A stretch of DNA of 63,983 nt, filler included, from Octopus bimaculoides (lineage: Eukaryota): the NCBI RefSeq assembly GCF_001194135.2. It is 5 parts of 5 records of this genome, joined end to end, with 100 filler letters (N's around TTAATTAATTAA, not from the genome) between each part and the next. Parts side by side here need not be neighbours in the genome. Positions count along the whole stretch, not along the records: positions 25,083 to 34,090 come from NC_068986.1; positions 34,191 to 38,746 come from NC_068997.1; 3 more parts are not named here. One strand, 5' to 3'. This document shows positions 26,886 to 37,287 of this stretch, in pieces. Position numbers and translations under genes: made by a program. Under the pieces are notes generated by a model that worked only from the letters and a program-made list of their open reading frames with translations, did not search any database and was not told where the DNA came from. How positions within the stretch are numbered: position 1 is the stretch's first letter; each line of letters opens with the position of its first letter.

Positions 26886-27048
26886 CTTTGCTGATCTGCA
26901 ATAGAACACCAAACAAGTTAAAGGAATTGCAATCAAATATTCCATATTGCATACTTCATATTTAATATTTCTCTAATAAATAAATAAATAACGAATAATG
27001 AATAATGAATATAAAAATAAATTAATATAAAAAAGAAAAAGTTAAGAT

Positions 27049-27454
27049 GTAGGCGCAGGAGTGGCTGTGTGGTAAGTAGCTTGCTTACCAACCACATGGT
27101 TCCAGGTTCTGTCCCACTGTGTGGCACCTTGGTCAAGTGTCTTCTACTATAGCCTCGGGCCGACCAAAGCTAGGTGAGTGCATTTGGTAGATAGAAACTG
27201 AAAGAAGCCCATCATATATATATATGTATGTGTGTGTATATGCTTGTGTGTCTGTGTTTGTGCCCCCAACATCGCTTGACGACTGGTGCTGGTGTATTTA
27301 CATCCCCGTAACTTAGTGGTATGGCAAAAGAGACCGATAGAATAAGTACTAGGCTCACAAAGAATAAGTCCTAGGGTCGATTTGCTCGACTAAAGGCGGT
27401 GCTCCAGCATGGCCGCAGTCAAATGATTGAAATAAGTAAAAGAGTAAAAGAGAG
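27049..27454 (+). mobile_element. Full-length tRNA-derived SINE (family A) with (GTAAAAGA)n tail
   Basis: A/B boxes, central GGCACCTTGG.CAAGTGTCTTCTACTATAGCC, internal microsatellite and tail. CpG largely intact, so relatively young. Confidence 0.9.
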
Positions 27455-27593
27455 TATGTATCAAAAGCTAACGATCACTGAACTCTCTTCTGTGATGAGT
27501 CTTACTGCTTCTACAACTTTCAAGATATAATTGAGATATAATTAGATATCTGCAATATCAAGCACCAATCATCCACACCAATGAAATTGGAAG

Positions 27594-27872
27594 TGGCCAA
27601 CTTTGGTGAACAGAAATGATGTTATTCTCCAGCGTGACAATGCATGGCCACATGCTTCAAAACAAACTCAAGAAAAAATACGATCATGAGTGGTTGGCGT
27701 CAGGAAGGGCATCCAGCTGTAGAAACTCTGCCAAATCAGACTGGAGCCTGGTGTTGCCATCCGGTTTCACCAGTCCTCAGTCAAATCGTCCAACCCATGC
27801 TAGCATGGAAAGCGGACGTTAAACGATGATGATGATGATGATGATAAGGCTGGGAAGTTCTTCCACATCATT
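27594..27872 (+). mobile_element. Mariner transposase remnant interrupted by the young RTE-tail repeat
   Basis: WPTLVNRNDVILQRDNAWPHASKQTQEKIRS, then the insert, then GWEVLPH; matches the HDNARPH...GWEVLPH region of mariners. Confidence 0.75.
27688..27845 (+). mobile_element. 5'-truncated young RTE-associated tail repeat
   Basis: One mismatch against 169-306 over about 138 nt; (GAT)n tail. Confidence 0.9.
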
Positions 27873-28720
27873 TAGAGAATGTTAGTTATTGCTGATTCAT
27901 ACTCAGGGTTTTGTGTCCATAAAGTTCTTAGATTTACACACGTCTCATCAAACCCTAATGGCCACCGGCAATTAGAGTTTGATGATAATGATAATGATGA
28001 TGATGTTGATGGGGTGATGGTGGTGGTGACAAAAATCAGCTGTGTTCAGATCTAGAGAGAGATAGGCTCCAAGAGGTTTAGAATGCTCAAAACACAATAC
28101 ATGTCACAACAGTATTCTTGTGACTCTATCAGGTGTTAAGGATCCACCATCAACCCTACTACCACCTTAGACCTTTATCCACTTGCAGCATGAAATAAGT
28201 ACAAAAAAAAAAAAAAATTCTGGATTCATATTTTAAAACTTTTCTTTATATCACTTAGAAAATAAGAACATCAATCTTGGTTACAGATTTAAAAAGAAAT
28301 ACAAAAAACAAACAAACAAAGGAAAACAGGGGCCAATTGCCGGTTCACTATATTTCATATGATATCATTGGCAAGACAGTGTCTGTTATATGTGTGTAAC
28401 AAATATCAGAAAGCACTTGCTTTTTTCTTTCTTTGCTGGATGGAGCAGGGCGATATGGGGACATTGGTTGATCAGAAAGTATAAAAGAATCTTGTTGGAT
28501 ATTATAACCAAAAGTAACATTTGCATGATCCAGTGGTTAAAGTGATGGGCTCTAACATGTGGCAGGTTTCTTAAAAAAAAAAATCCACTTATAAGGCTTT
28601 AGTCGACCTTCGACTATAGTAGAAGAATTTTGTCCAAAGTAATGTACTGTAAATTGAAACTGAAATGACATTGTTGCAAAGGGAAATTCTTAAAAAAAAA
28701 TGTTAATAAAAGAGATTTAA

Positions 28721-28938
28721 CCCTTTAGCATTTAAACCAGCCATATCCGACCCAAATATTCTACCTGTTTTATCTTCAAACTGGCCAGATCCAACTTTTC
28801 ACACCTACCCTACAATGTCATTGTAAAAATATAGTCGCATCATTAAAATCTCAATGCTACAAGATAATGCATGATTCATTCAAAATATTGAGAAGGAATA
28901 AGTATTACATTTGACAAAGTAATTTGAATGCTAAAGGG
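28721..28938. mobile_element. piggyBac-type MITE (218 bp)
   Basis: TTAA TSD at 28717-20 and 28939-42; TIR CCCTTTAGCATT / AATGCTAAAGGG. Confidence 0.88.
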
Positions 28939-29218
28939 TTAAAAGAATAAATGATAGATGCTAAAAATCAGTACAATGTATCAACAACTTGTGTTCAGTT
29001 TAAAAAAGCAGAGCCTGTGTGCTGTGGAAAAGAACTTGTAGAGATTCAGAAAGATAATAAGAGATAACATATATGACAAATGTTCTGAAAACTCAGGAAG
29101 TTGGCTTTAGCAAAATAATGTTTCTATTTCTAAATTAAGTTCATCCTGCTCCAAAATTGTTTGTAACAAAAATGATAATTTTTTCTAAGCCCTCAAATAG
29201 GGCAATATATTTTGCATT

Positions 29219-29657
29219 ATGTCAGGCTGAGTGAAAAGTAAGCAACGTTTTGAACCATGAAGAATTTGTACCAGATTTTTGCAGACATTTGAATGTTTTA
29301 TAAACATGTTTTTTCCAATTTCCTGTTAATACAGACATATACTTTCCCAAATGCATCAATTGATATTTTTTTCCCCGTTGTTACAATCATCTGAAATAGA
29401 ACTGTCAAAGCATGATATTTGAGCAATTTTGCTCATCAACTTCAAAAACGGATGCAAAGCAGCTGAAACTGCTCATGATATCAATGAAACGTTTGGTGAG
29501 GAAATGACCAGTGAGTGGTCAGCTCGAAAATGGTTTAAACGATTTCGCAGTGGAGACCTGAGCCTTGAAGATCATGAATGTAGTGGATACTCATCTGTCA
29601 TCGATGACAGTCAATTAAAGACCATCATTGAGAAAGATCCACATAAAAACCACTCGA
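29219..29657 (+). mobile_element. 5' fragment of a second mariner family
   Basis: Translation gives ELSKHDI*AILLINFKNGCKAAETAHDINETFGEEMTSEWSARKWFKRFRSGDLSLED (mariner HTH1), truncated after KDPH. Confidence 0.85.
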
Positions 29658-29881
29658 CTACATTCCTATTCTTTCTTCATTGTTTTTCTTTGATGCCAGT
29701 CCAACACACTTTGCATCATCTGCTACACCCGATAACTTTCATTGATCCATCAACATAACATTTCACTACAAACCCCATGCCCCTCAGATACTGACTGAGT
29801 GCTCTAACCATTAAGTTAAATGGTCTCTGACAAAAACTTATTAATAACGCATTAAAGTTTTGAACTATTTTCAAATTTAAA

Positions 29882-30455
29882 TTATTACCTCCACCTTAGC
29901 AAATGCAAAAGTATTGTTTTCAGTTGCATTTGTTTGTTTGATTGGATGGATTCAGATGAAACTTTTAGGGATGTTTGGCCACGTAACTGGCATGAACTGA
30001 TTAGATTTTGGGGATCAATCTGGTACTTGACAAGGATTCTGGATTATTTGTTATATTTACTTTACTTTACATGATTACAATCTTACGTTACCTTTCAAGT
30101 CTTTCTCAATTATCTCCTTTTAGGCTGTAACTATTTTGAATGGTGAATTTGTTAACCTTGGCTTGTATTAGATAAGCATAAACTATTTATTACTGTTACT
30201 AAATTTTCTACAGCCACCCTCACATTCCATGACTACCATTGGGATCAATCAGGTACTGGACAAGGATCCTGGATTATTTTTCCGGTTTATTTACTTAACT
30301 TTTGAGGGCAGTAGGGTTCATTTTTAGTATTCTCGTTTGTGAGAGCAGTTGACTTTATTTCAGATATTCTCATTTTAAAAATCATCTCCAGCTAATCATT
30401 GAGAGGATGTTGGTGCTGCCTTAGCAGAGGTTTGCGCTCACTGAGTGCTCTTGTT
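29882..30455 (+). mobile_element. Non-autonomous Helentron-like (HINE) element
   Basis: 5' TTATTACCTCCACCTTAGC, subterminal inverted repeat CCTTAGCAGAGG at 30419-30430, 3' stem-loop GCGCTC-ACT-GAGTGC then a T-rich end. It has an internal (GTTT)n and a duplicated GGGATCAATC.GGTAC..GACAAGGAT motif. Confidence 0.6.
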
Positions 30456-30843
30456 TTCATTGTTTTCAAATTAAAAATTATCTCTCTTTTGAAAAATTAT
30501 AGTGTAAGTACAATAAAAGAGACAACTGAAAGAATATACTGAGACAAGTAGTCAAACAAGGCATGTTTAGAGTAGTAGGTTTGTGGCTACACCTGCTGAG
30601 CTGACTGACATTACTAAAAAATATGGGCTCCATCTGTTTCCAAGATGAAAGTTTTTGCCTAGTGTGTTGACAGGACTTTCTTGGACTCAATCTCAATTTC
30701 AGTTAGCTGTGATGTACAGTTATTAACCTACATTATTTCTTCTTAATGATGTATACACACAGTTATATATATATTTATCTTCAATAAAACATAAATCTGA
30801 AAGAGAAGCTCATTCTAAGTTATAGAGCAGTAGAGTACATAAA

Positions 30844-31005
30844 GATAGATATGGTCAGTCTATGGGCTCACCCAAGGCTTCACACCCATAAAGCGCTTAG
30901 CTTTACAGTGTTTCTTCGGACCCTAAAACCCTAGGGTCTGAAGAAGTGCTAAGTACTTTATGGATGTGAAACCCAGGGTAACCCCATAGACCAGTCATAT
31001 CTATC
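30844..31005. repeat. Imperfect about 160-bp palindrome (foldback element)
   Basis: Left arm GATAGATATGGTCAGTCTATGGG...CTTCGGACCCTA is the reverse complement of right arm TAGGGTCTGAAG...CCCATAGACCAGTCATATCTATC, with a loop of about 6 nt. Confidence 0.75.
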
Positions 31006-31025
31006 TATCTATCTATCTATCTCTG

Positions 31026-31063
<38 letters not shown>

Positions 31064-31219
31064 NNNNNNNNNNNNNNNNNNNNNNNNNNNNNNNNNNNNN
31101 NNNNNNNNNNNNNNNNNNNNNNNNNNNNNNNNNNNNNNNNNNNNNNNNNNNNNNNNNNNNNNNNNNNNNNNNNNNNNNNNNNNNNNNNNNNNNNNNNNNN
31201 NNNNNNNNNNNNNNNNNAT

Positions 31220-31252
<33 letters not shown>

Positions 31253-31329
31253 CATATATACATATGTACATACATATTGAGAGAGTTGGAAGTATAGTGG
31301 GATCACAAGCAAGCTAACAACAAAGGTTG

Positions 31330-31900
31330 CCTTCATATATGGCAGGTGCACATGGATTAAGCATGAAGGGTGAAGGGTATCCAGGAAATAGGCACTCTCA
31401 TCTGCCCAAATAGTGCCCTAGTAATTTCTGTTACCTAGGTGATAACTCATGAAAGTGGGTGCTTTGAGAACATAGTAGCCAGAATAAGAACAGGTTAGAA
31501 AAAGCTCAGACAGCTGCCACCACAGCTGGCAAACAAAACCCCCTCTCCCTTAGAGTCAAAGGCAGATTGTATGATGCTTGTGTTTGGAGTGTGACGCTAC
31601 ACGGTAGTGAGACATGGGCCTCAAATGCAGAAGTTCTGCTAAGATTACAAAGAAATGAAGCTAGTATACTTTACTTGATGTCTAGTGTTAGTGTACATGA
31701 ATAATGGGGTACAAATGACCTGAGGGAAAAACTGCAAGGGGAATCAGATGTCATATGTAAGAGACCTGGGGATGTGATGTGTACGAAAATCAACAGCTAT
31801 ATAAAAAAGTGCAAAGTACTTAAAGTGAACAGAGCCTGTGATAGAGGAAGAGCTAGAAAGACCTCAGACAAAGTAATGAAAACCAATCTCAAGATGTTGA
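31330..31900 (+). mobile_element. Decayed RTE LINE fragment (post-RT region)
   Basis: Translation gives FCYLGD, ARIRTG, RVKGRLYDACV and LHGSETWA..RLQRNEAS. Confidence 0.75.
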
Positions 31901-32299
31901 GCCCCACAGAAGAGACGTGTTCTGAATCATATCTTGTCATCGCCTATTTGGGTGGTAGACTACTTAATCTATTGCCTAGTTTAGCAACACCATCTGATCC
32001 AAGCATTTAAGCCAGGTCTCCAGTTTAAGAATATTTCTTCGGCTCCTCCTTTCTACCCTCAGAGGCTCTGTACAGGGTTATCGGCACAGCTTTGTTTTCT
32101 AGCTAAGCGACAAAAAAAAAAAAAAATAAAGAAAGAAAAAAAAAACTGATTCGTGGCTAGAAAGTAGCTATTAAAGCTTGATAAGGCTGCCTGTAATAGA
32201 TGTTTTTGCATTTAATATTTAATATATGCAGTCAGTATCAAACTTATAAAAGCAAAAAATACTTTAAAGTGTTTTTCATTCATTAGAAAAATAACAACA

Positions 32300-33000
32300 A
32301 AAAAAATCTTTCCATGTTACGATACAAACTAGTAAATACTATGTTACTATGTTACGTATCAGACAGTAACCGCTCACAAAATACTAAAAGCAGAGAAATG
32401 AAAACGACAGTAATGATGCAGTAAGCAGTTTAGCAGTAGTGGTGGTGGGGAAGGAAGTGTATTTATGTTGACGTGATTATAACTAGGATTATACGTATAA
32501 ATTCTTAAGTTGTTGTTTACCGAAAGGTCAAAAACCAGAACAGAAATTGTTGAAACTTGTTTTGTACAGCAGGGTTGCATTACTGATGTAATAAGGTTGC
32601 TTTCTAATCAGAAGTAAACCTACCACCTAAATAAAAGCGAAAACAAATAAACTTTATAAGATAATTCTTTAGTCATTTATATTTAGAATTATCAGTGAAA
32701 TATCAACGACCTATTTGATAAAGGTGGTTCACATTGCTCAAGCATTTTTAACATTAAAAAAGAAAAAAAAAAAAAACTTGCAACAGTGCGGACTCGGCTA
32801 ACAGTCCCCATGGGAAGACGGGGTTGGGTAAACCAGGTAAACTATTAATTCCACTGTCTAAGAATATGAACGGTTCCTGTGACAAGTTTTTATACAGTCG
32901 CTGTCCACCAGATTTTACTCTCAAATCTTTGGTTGACCCAGTCTGTGGTCGACGATACTCGCTCAACACAAAACGAAAGGAATTTCAGCTATGACCATCT
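32300..33000. promoter_or_regulatory. Candidate CpG-retaining promoter region, possibly bidirectional
   Basis: Non-repeat DNA with visibly more CpG than its surroundings. Minus-strand donor TCG|gtaaac at 32521/32520 points toward the acyl-CoA synthetase exon; plus-strand donor CAG|gtaaac at 32836/32837 points away. Confidence 0.3.
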
Positions 33001-33087
33001 CTCCATCTTTTTTTCATTTAGTGTATTTATTCTTACAATATCTAAAGCATCTTTCCTCTTATATAGAAATGACTGCATCGGTATGTG

Positions 33088-33236
33088 CAGGGCCGGCCCT
33101 AGGGTTGCCGGTGCTCCGGGCAAGCTGAACTTCGGCGTATACAAGCTGACGGTCGTAGAAATTTCCTTGTCTTTATCACACCCTCCTTGGCACCCTGGAC
33201 GAGTTCCGAAGTTGCCGGTAGCTTGAGCCGGCCCTG
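33088..33236. mobile_element. hAT-type MITE (149 bp)
   Basis: Perfect 10-bp TIR CAGGGCCGGC / GCCGGCCCTG and perfect 8-bp TSD GGTATGTG (33080-87, 33237-44). Confidence 0.92.
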
Positions 33237-34090
33237 GGTATGTGGTTTGAATGAACAGTGCTAGTTGAAAAAGTACTGGAGGGATATAACCAACAGGGAA
33301 AAGAAAAATAGACTTGAAAATATGGGAACAAGTGAGGTTGAATCTCACAGATGAAATGACAAAAAGATTTAAATAAGTGACAATATGCTGAATTACTGAG
33401 CCTCCCAACATTTGTGAAAACAAGGCTAGAGATGATGGTGGTAGTTTCTTCTAAGTATAAGTGAATTGCTTGCATCTCAAACTGAAAACTCTAATTTTTT
33501 TTTCTCTGCATACTTAGCTTACTACCACCTCCCTTCTGGCGGTAGAGGCGAGGAGGATAAAGTAAGCTGAGTATACAAAAAACGGTTCCAATTTCAGTCA
33601 AACCAGTTAGGTCACTTACGCTGTTAACGAAAGATATTAACAGCAACGTGAAATGAATTGATTTCGTCTGGGAAGGAGTGAAATATTTGATAGTAAAGTG
33701 TTTTAGTTACGAGCACGCCTATCATTAGAGACCATTATGTTTGCAACTAGGTGATGGGTGACGAAGAGGTTTACTTTGTAACTACGTGGTTTCTGGTTCA
33801 GTTTCACTGCAAGGCCCTTTTTTTGGGGGGGGGGGGTCTTCCATCATACCCTCAGATCAACAAAAACTTTGTTGAGTAAAATTTGGAAGACTGAAACTAT
33901 GTGGGAACCCTTTAGAGTGACTGTTCCTTTGGTTTTGTGGTAGACTTTAATCTGTTATCTAAAACTTAAAACTATATTTAAGTACTTGGCATACCCACAG
34001 AAGTGTGCTCTCTCATCGAATTTGTTTCTTCATAACTTTCAGAAAAATGGATATTTTAAAATATACGCTTCAATTGGTATAGATTCCATT

Positions 34091-34190
34091 NNNNNNNNNN
34101 NNNNNNNNNNNNNNNNNNNNNNNNNNNNNNNNNNTTAATTAATTAANNNNNNNNNNNNNNNNNNNNNNNNNNNNNNNNNNNNNNNNNNNN
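34091..34190. other. Assembly spacer: 44 N + TTAATTAATTAA + 44 N
   Basis: Same 100-bp structure as 24983-25082. Confidence 0.9.
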
Positions 34191-34492
34191 CCCCAATAGG
34201 GGCCCTCATTCCCACATTTTAGAGCTCCATGAGCTCCATTTTGCAGGAGCAAAATCTTTTTTACAGGTTCCAGAAGATTGAAATTTTGGAATATGCGCAT
34301 AAAGATCAATAGTATGGGATACATGTCTCATGATTAGAATTATTTTAGGGTGTGTAAAGAGGGAAAGAACCCTCATGTGCAATTTTGATGAAATTCGAAT
34401 CATATGTATTCCAGTTCCTTACAGAAAATATAACAGAAAAGTCTCATTTTACAATTGCATGTAACACGGGCAACGCCGGGTATCTCTGCTAG
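34191..34492 (+). mobile_element. 3' end of a non-autonomous Helitron-like element
   Basis: GC-rich subterminal hairpin CGGGCAACGCCGGG about 10 nt before terminal CTAG (34489-92), followed by T. The 5' end is lost in the gap. Confidence 0.55.
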
Positions 34493-34786
34493 TAATATAT
34501 AAATTTATATATATATATATAAAACAGAGATAATAGTGAGAGATTAGCAATCCGGGCAAAATATTTCGTAAGCTCTCTGTTGGTACACCAGGTTAACAAT
34601 ATTGTTTAGATAAGTGAAAATCTCCAGGTAATCTTTTAGTAGGGTCCAAATTTATGGTTCATCACAATTCTATATTGCAAATCCATGGATGGGCTCCAGT
34701 CAAACTGTTTTTTACACAAAGTGATATATAAGACAAGGTATAAATAATGGTCAGAAAAATATGTAATGGCAATTGTTTATACTTTG

Positions 34787-34817
<31 letters not shown>

Positions 34818-35770
34818 CTTTATTTAAAAGCAGCAGAAATATAACAAAAGTCTGTGCTTACTCCGGTATATATATATATATATATATATNNNNNNNNNNN
34901 NNNNNNNNNNNNNNNNNNNNNNNNNNNNNNNNNNNNNNNNNNNNNNNNNNNNNNNNNNNNNNNNNNNNNNNNNNNNNNNNNNNNNNNNNNNNNNNNNNNN
35001 NNNNNNNNNNNNNNNNNNNNNNNNNNNNNNNNNNNNNNNNNNNNNNNNNNNNNNNNNNNNNNNNNNNNNNNNNNNNNNNNNNNNNNNNNNNNNNNNNNNN
35101 NNNNNNNNNNNNNNNNNNNNNNNNNNNNNNNNNNNNNNNNNNNNNNNNNNNNNNNNNNNNNNNNNNNNNNNNNNNNNNNNNNNNNNNNNNNNNNNNNNNN
35201 NNNNNNNNNNNNNNNNNNNNNNNNNNNNNNNNNNNNNNNNNNNNNNNNNNNNNNNNNNNNNNNNNNNNNNNNNNNNNNNNNNNNNNNNNNNNNNNNNNNN
35301 NNNNNNNNNNNNNNNNNNNNNNNNNNNNNNNNNNNNNNNNNNNNNNNNNNNNNNNNNNNNNNNNNNNNNNNNNNNNNNNNNNNNNNNNNNNNNNNNNNNN
35401 NNNNNNNTATATATATATATATATATGCATGTATGTCAGGTCACTTGTGAGGTCTCTCATGAATGCTACTGGTAACATGGAATTCAATATAACTGGTTGC
35501 ATAGTTGGTTTGTTGGGGACTAAACTGGCACTCTACAAGGCTAACCTAGTGACGAGAGTTGCTACGAGCCTAGGAAGAGTGAAAACAACTCCTGTGAAAT
35601 AGATGAACCTAGTGTAGGTTCGGTGACTATCTAGTAATAGCATGGACACTCAAAAATTTCAGAATGGTGTATAGATATATAGATTGGTGTATAGAGATAC
35701 TGATAACCAGTTGCTAGAACACAACATTATTTATAGTTGACGGATATTTGTCCTCATCTTGTTTGTTGTT

Positions 35771-35816
35771 AACACAACGTTTCAGCTGATGTATTCTCCA
35801 GCCTTCATCAGGTGTC
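35771..35816 (-). ncRNA. Minimal type-I hammerhead ribozyme motif (PLE pLTR type), intact core
   Basis: Minus strand reads stem I GACAC/GUGUU, core CUGAUGA, stem II GGCUG/CAGCU, GAAA, palindromic helix III ACGU, cleavage triplet GUU. Confidence 0.68.
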
Positions 35817-36024
35817 TTGGGGAAATTTTGAACCTGGGTTGATATGAGTTACATGTACTGGTATGTATGTGTGTGCGTGGGCATAAGTGTGTGTGTGGGC
35901 ATAAGTGTGTGCGTGGGCATATGTGCTCATTCAGGTGGTGTGTGTTGTGTGTGTGTGATTATGAACACATAGTGTGCATGTGTATAGTGAATGTTTGTGG
36001 GTGAAAGCTATGTGTTTATCCATG

Positions 36025-36058
<34 letters not shown>

Positions 36059-36423
36059 ACACGTATGTATTGTCTGTGTTCAGGCATTATGTGCTTGTGT
36101 GGTGTGTGTGTGTGTGTGTGTGTGTGTACTGAGCTGAACAGTGTTGTGACTCTATTGGAGAGTGTGTGTGGATATGTGGATAATGGTGTGTAGATGTGTG
36201 GATAGTGGGAAGATGTTTGTGGGTGTGTGTGTGTGTAATGGTGTGTGAAGTGAGTAATGAATTGAACATTGTGTATGGGTGTTTGGATGGTGGTGTGTGT
36301 GTGTGGTAGATGCCAATTATATGTATATGTATGTATAAATTCACACACACACACATTTATGCTTGCACACACATATATACAAGGATAAATATACACAAAT
36401 ACATATACACACATATGCACATA

Positions 36424-37287
36424 CAGGGGTTGGACAAAATAATGGAAACACCTTAAAATTTCAAACAAATTTATTTTAATATGAGGTAGGACCACCTTTG
36501 GCAGTAATTACAGCTTGAATTCTACAAGATATGGACTCGTACAAAGTTTGAATTGTTTCCAAAGGAATTTTTGTCCATTCTTCAGCTAAAACAGTCTCCA
36601 GTTCTTGTAGTGATGATGGTGGAGGATATCGACTCCTTACTTGTTTTTCTAAAATGCACCATAAATGTTCAATAATATTGAGATCTGAGGATTGTGGTGG
36701 CCAGATAAGATGTTCAACTTCACTAGAATGTTCCTTGTGCCATTCAGTAATAACTTTAGCTGTGTGAATTGGTGCATAATCATCCTGAAAAATTGCGTTT
36801 CCCTCCAGAAACAGTTCCACAACCATAGGATGAATTTGATCAGATAAAATACTTAAATAGTCTTGACTGTTAATTCTGCCATGAAGGGAAACCCTTAGGC
36901 CAGTGGATTTCCAAGATATAGCCCCCCCCACCAGATCATCACAGATCCTCCTCTATGTTTTCCCTCTTTCTCAAAGGCTGTCATTACTTTCGAGACAGTA
37001 CTTCTTGATACACCAAACATTTCGGCCATTTTCATTAAACTAGCACCCACCATATGAGCACCAGCAATTTGACCTGTTTGAAAGTCCAATAGATCTGTCA
37101 TTTTAATGAATTTTTATTACCTTTTTCTTTTGATATTTGAAAAGAAACAGCAATTTTAGCAAAACATTAGCAACACTAATAATAAATAAAAAAATCATAA
37201 AAATAAACAAGCATTTGACAGTTTTATAGATACTTCAAAATTATGGTGCTATGATGCTAGGTGTTTCCATTTTTTGTTCAACCCGTG
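36424..37287 (-). mobile_element. Internally deleted Tc1 element with DD36E spacing (864 bp)
   Basis: TIRs CAGGGGTTGGACAAAATAATGGAAACACC / GGTGTTTCCATTTTTTGTTCAACCCGTG; TA TSD at 36422-23 and 37288-89. The ORF has HTH1, GGSVMIW, FQDDYAPIH and DLNIIEHLW, with 36 residues counted between the second D and the E. Confidence 0.93.

Noticed and set aside
27049-27130. SINE heads (families A, B, D) as tRNA genes
   Set aside because: A/B boxes are present, but no complete cloverleaf is evident and each continues into a repeated SINE body.
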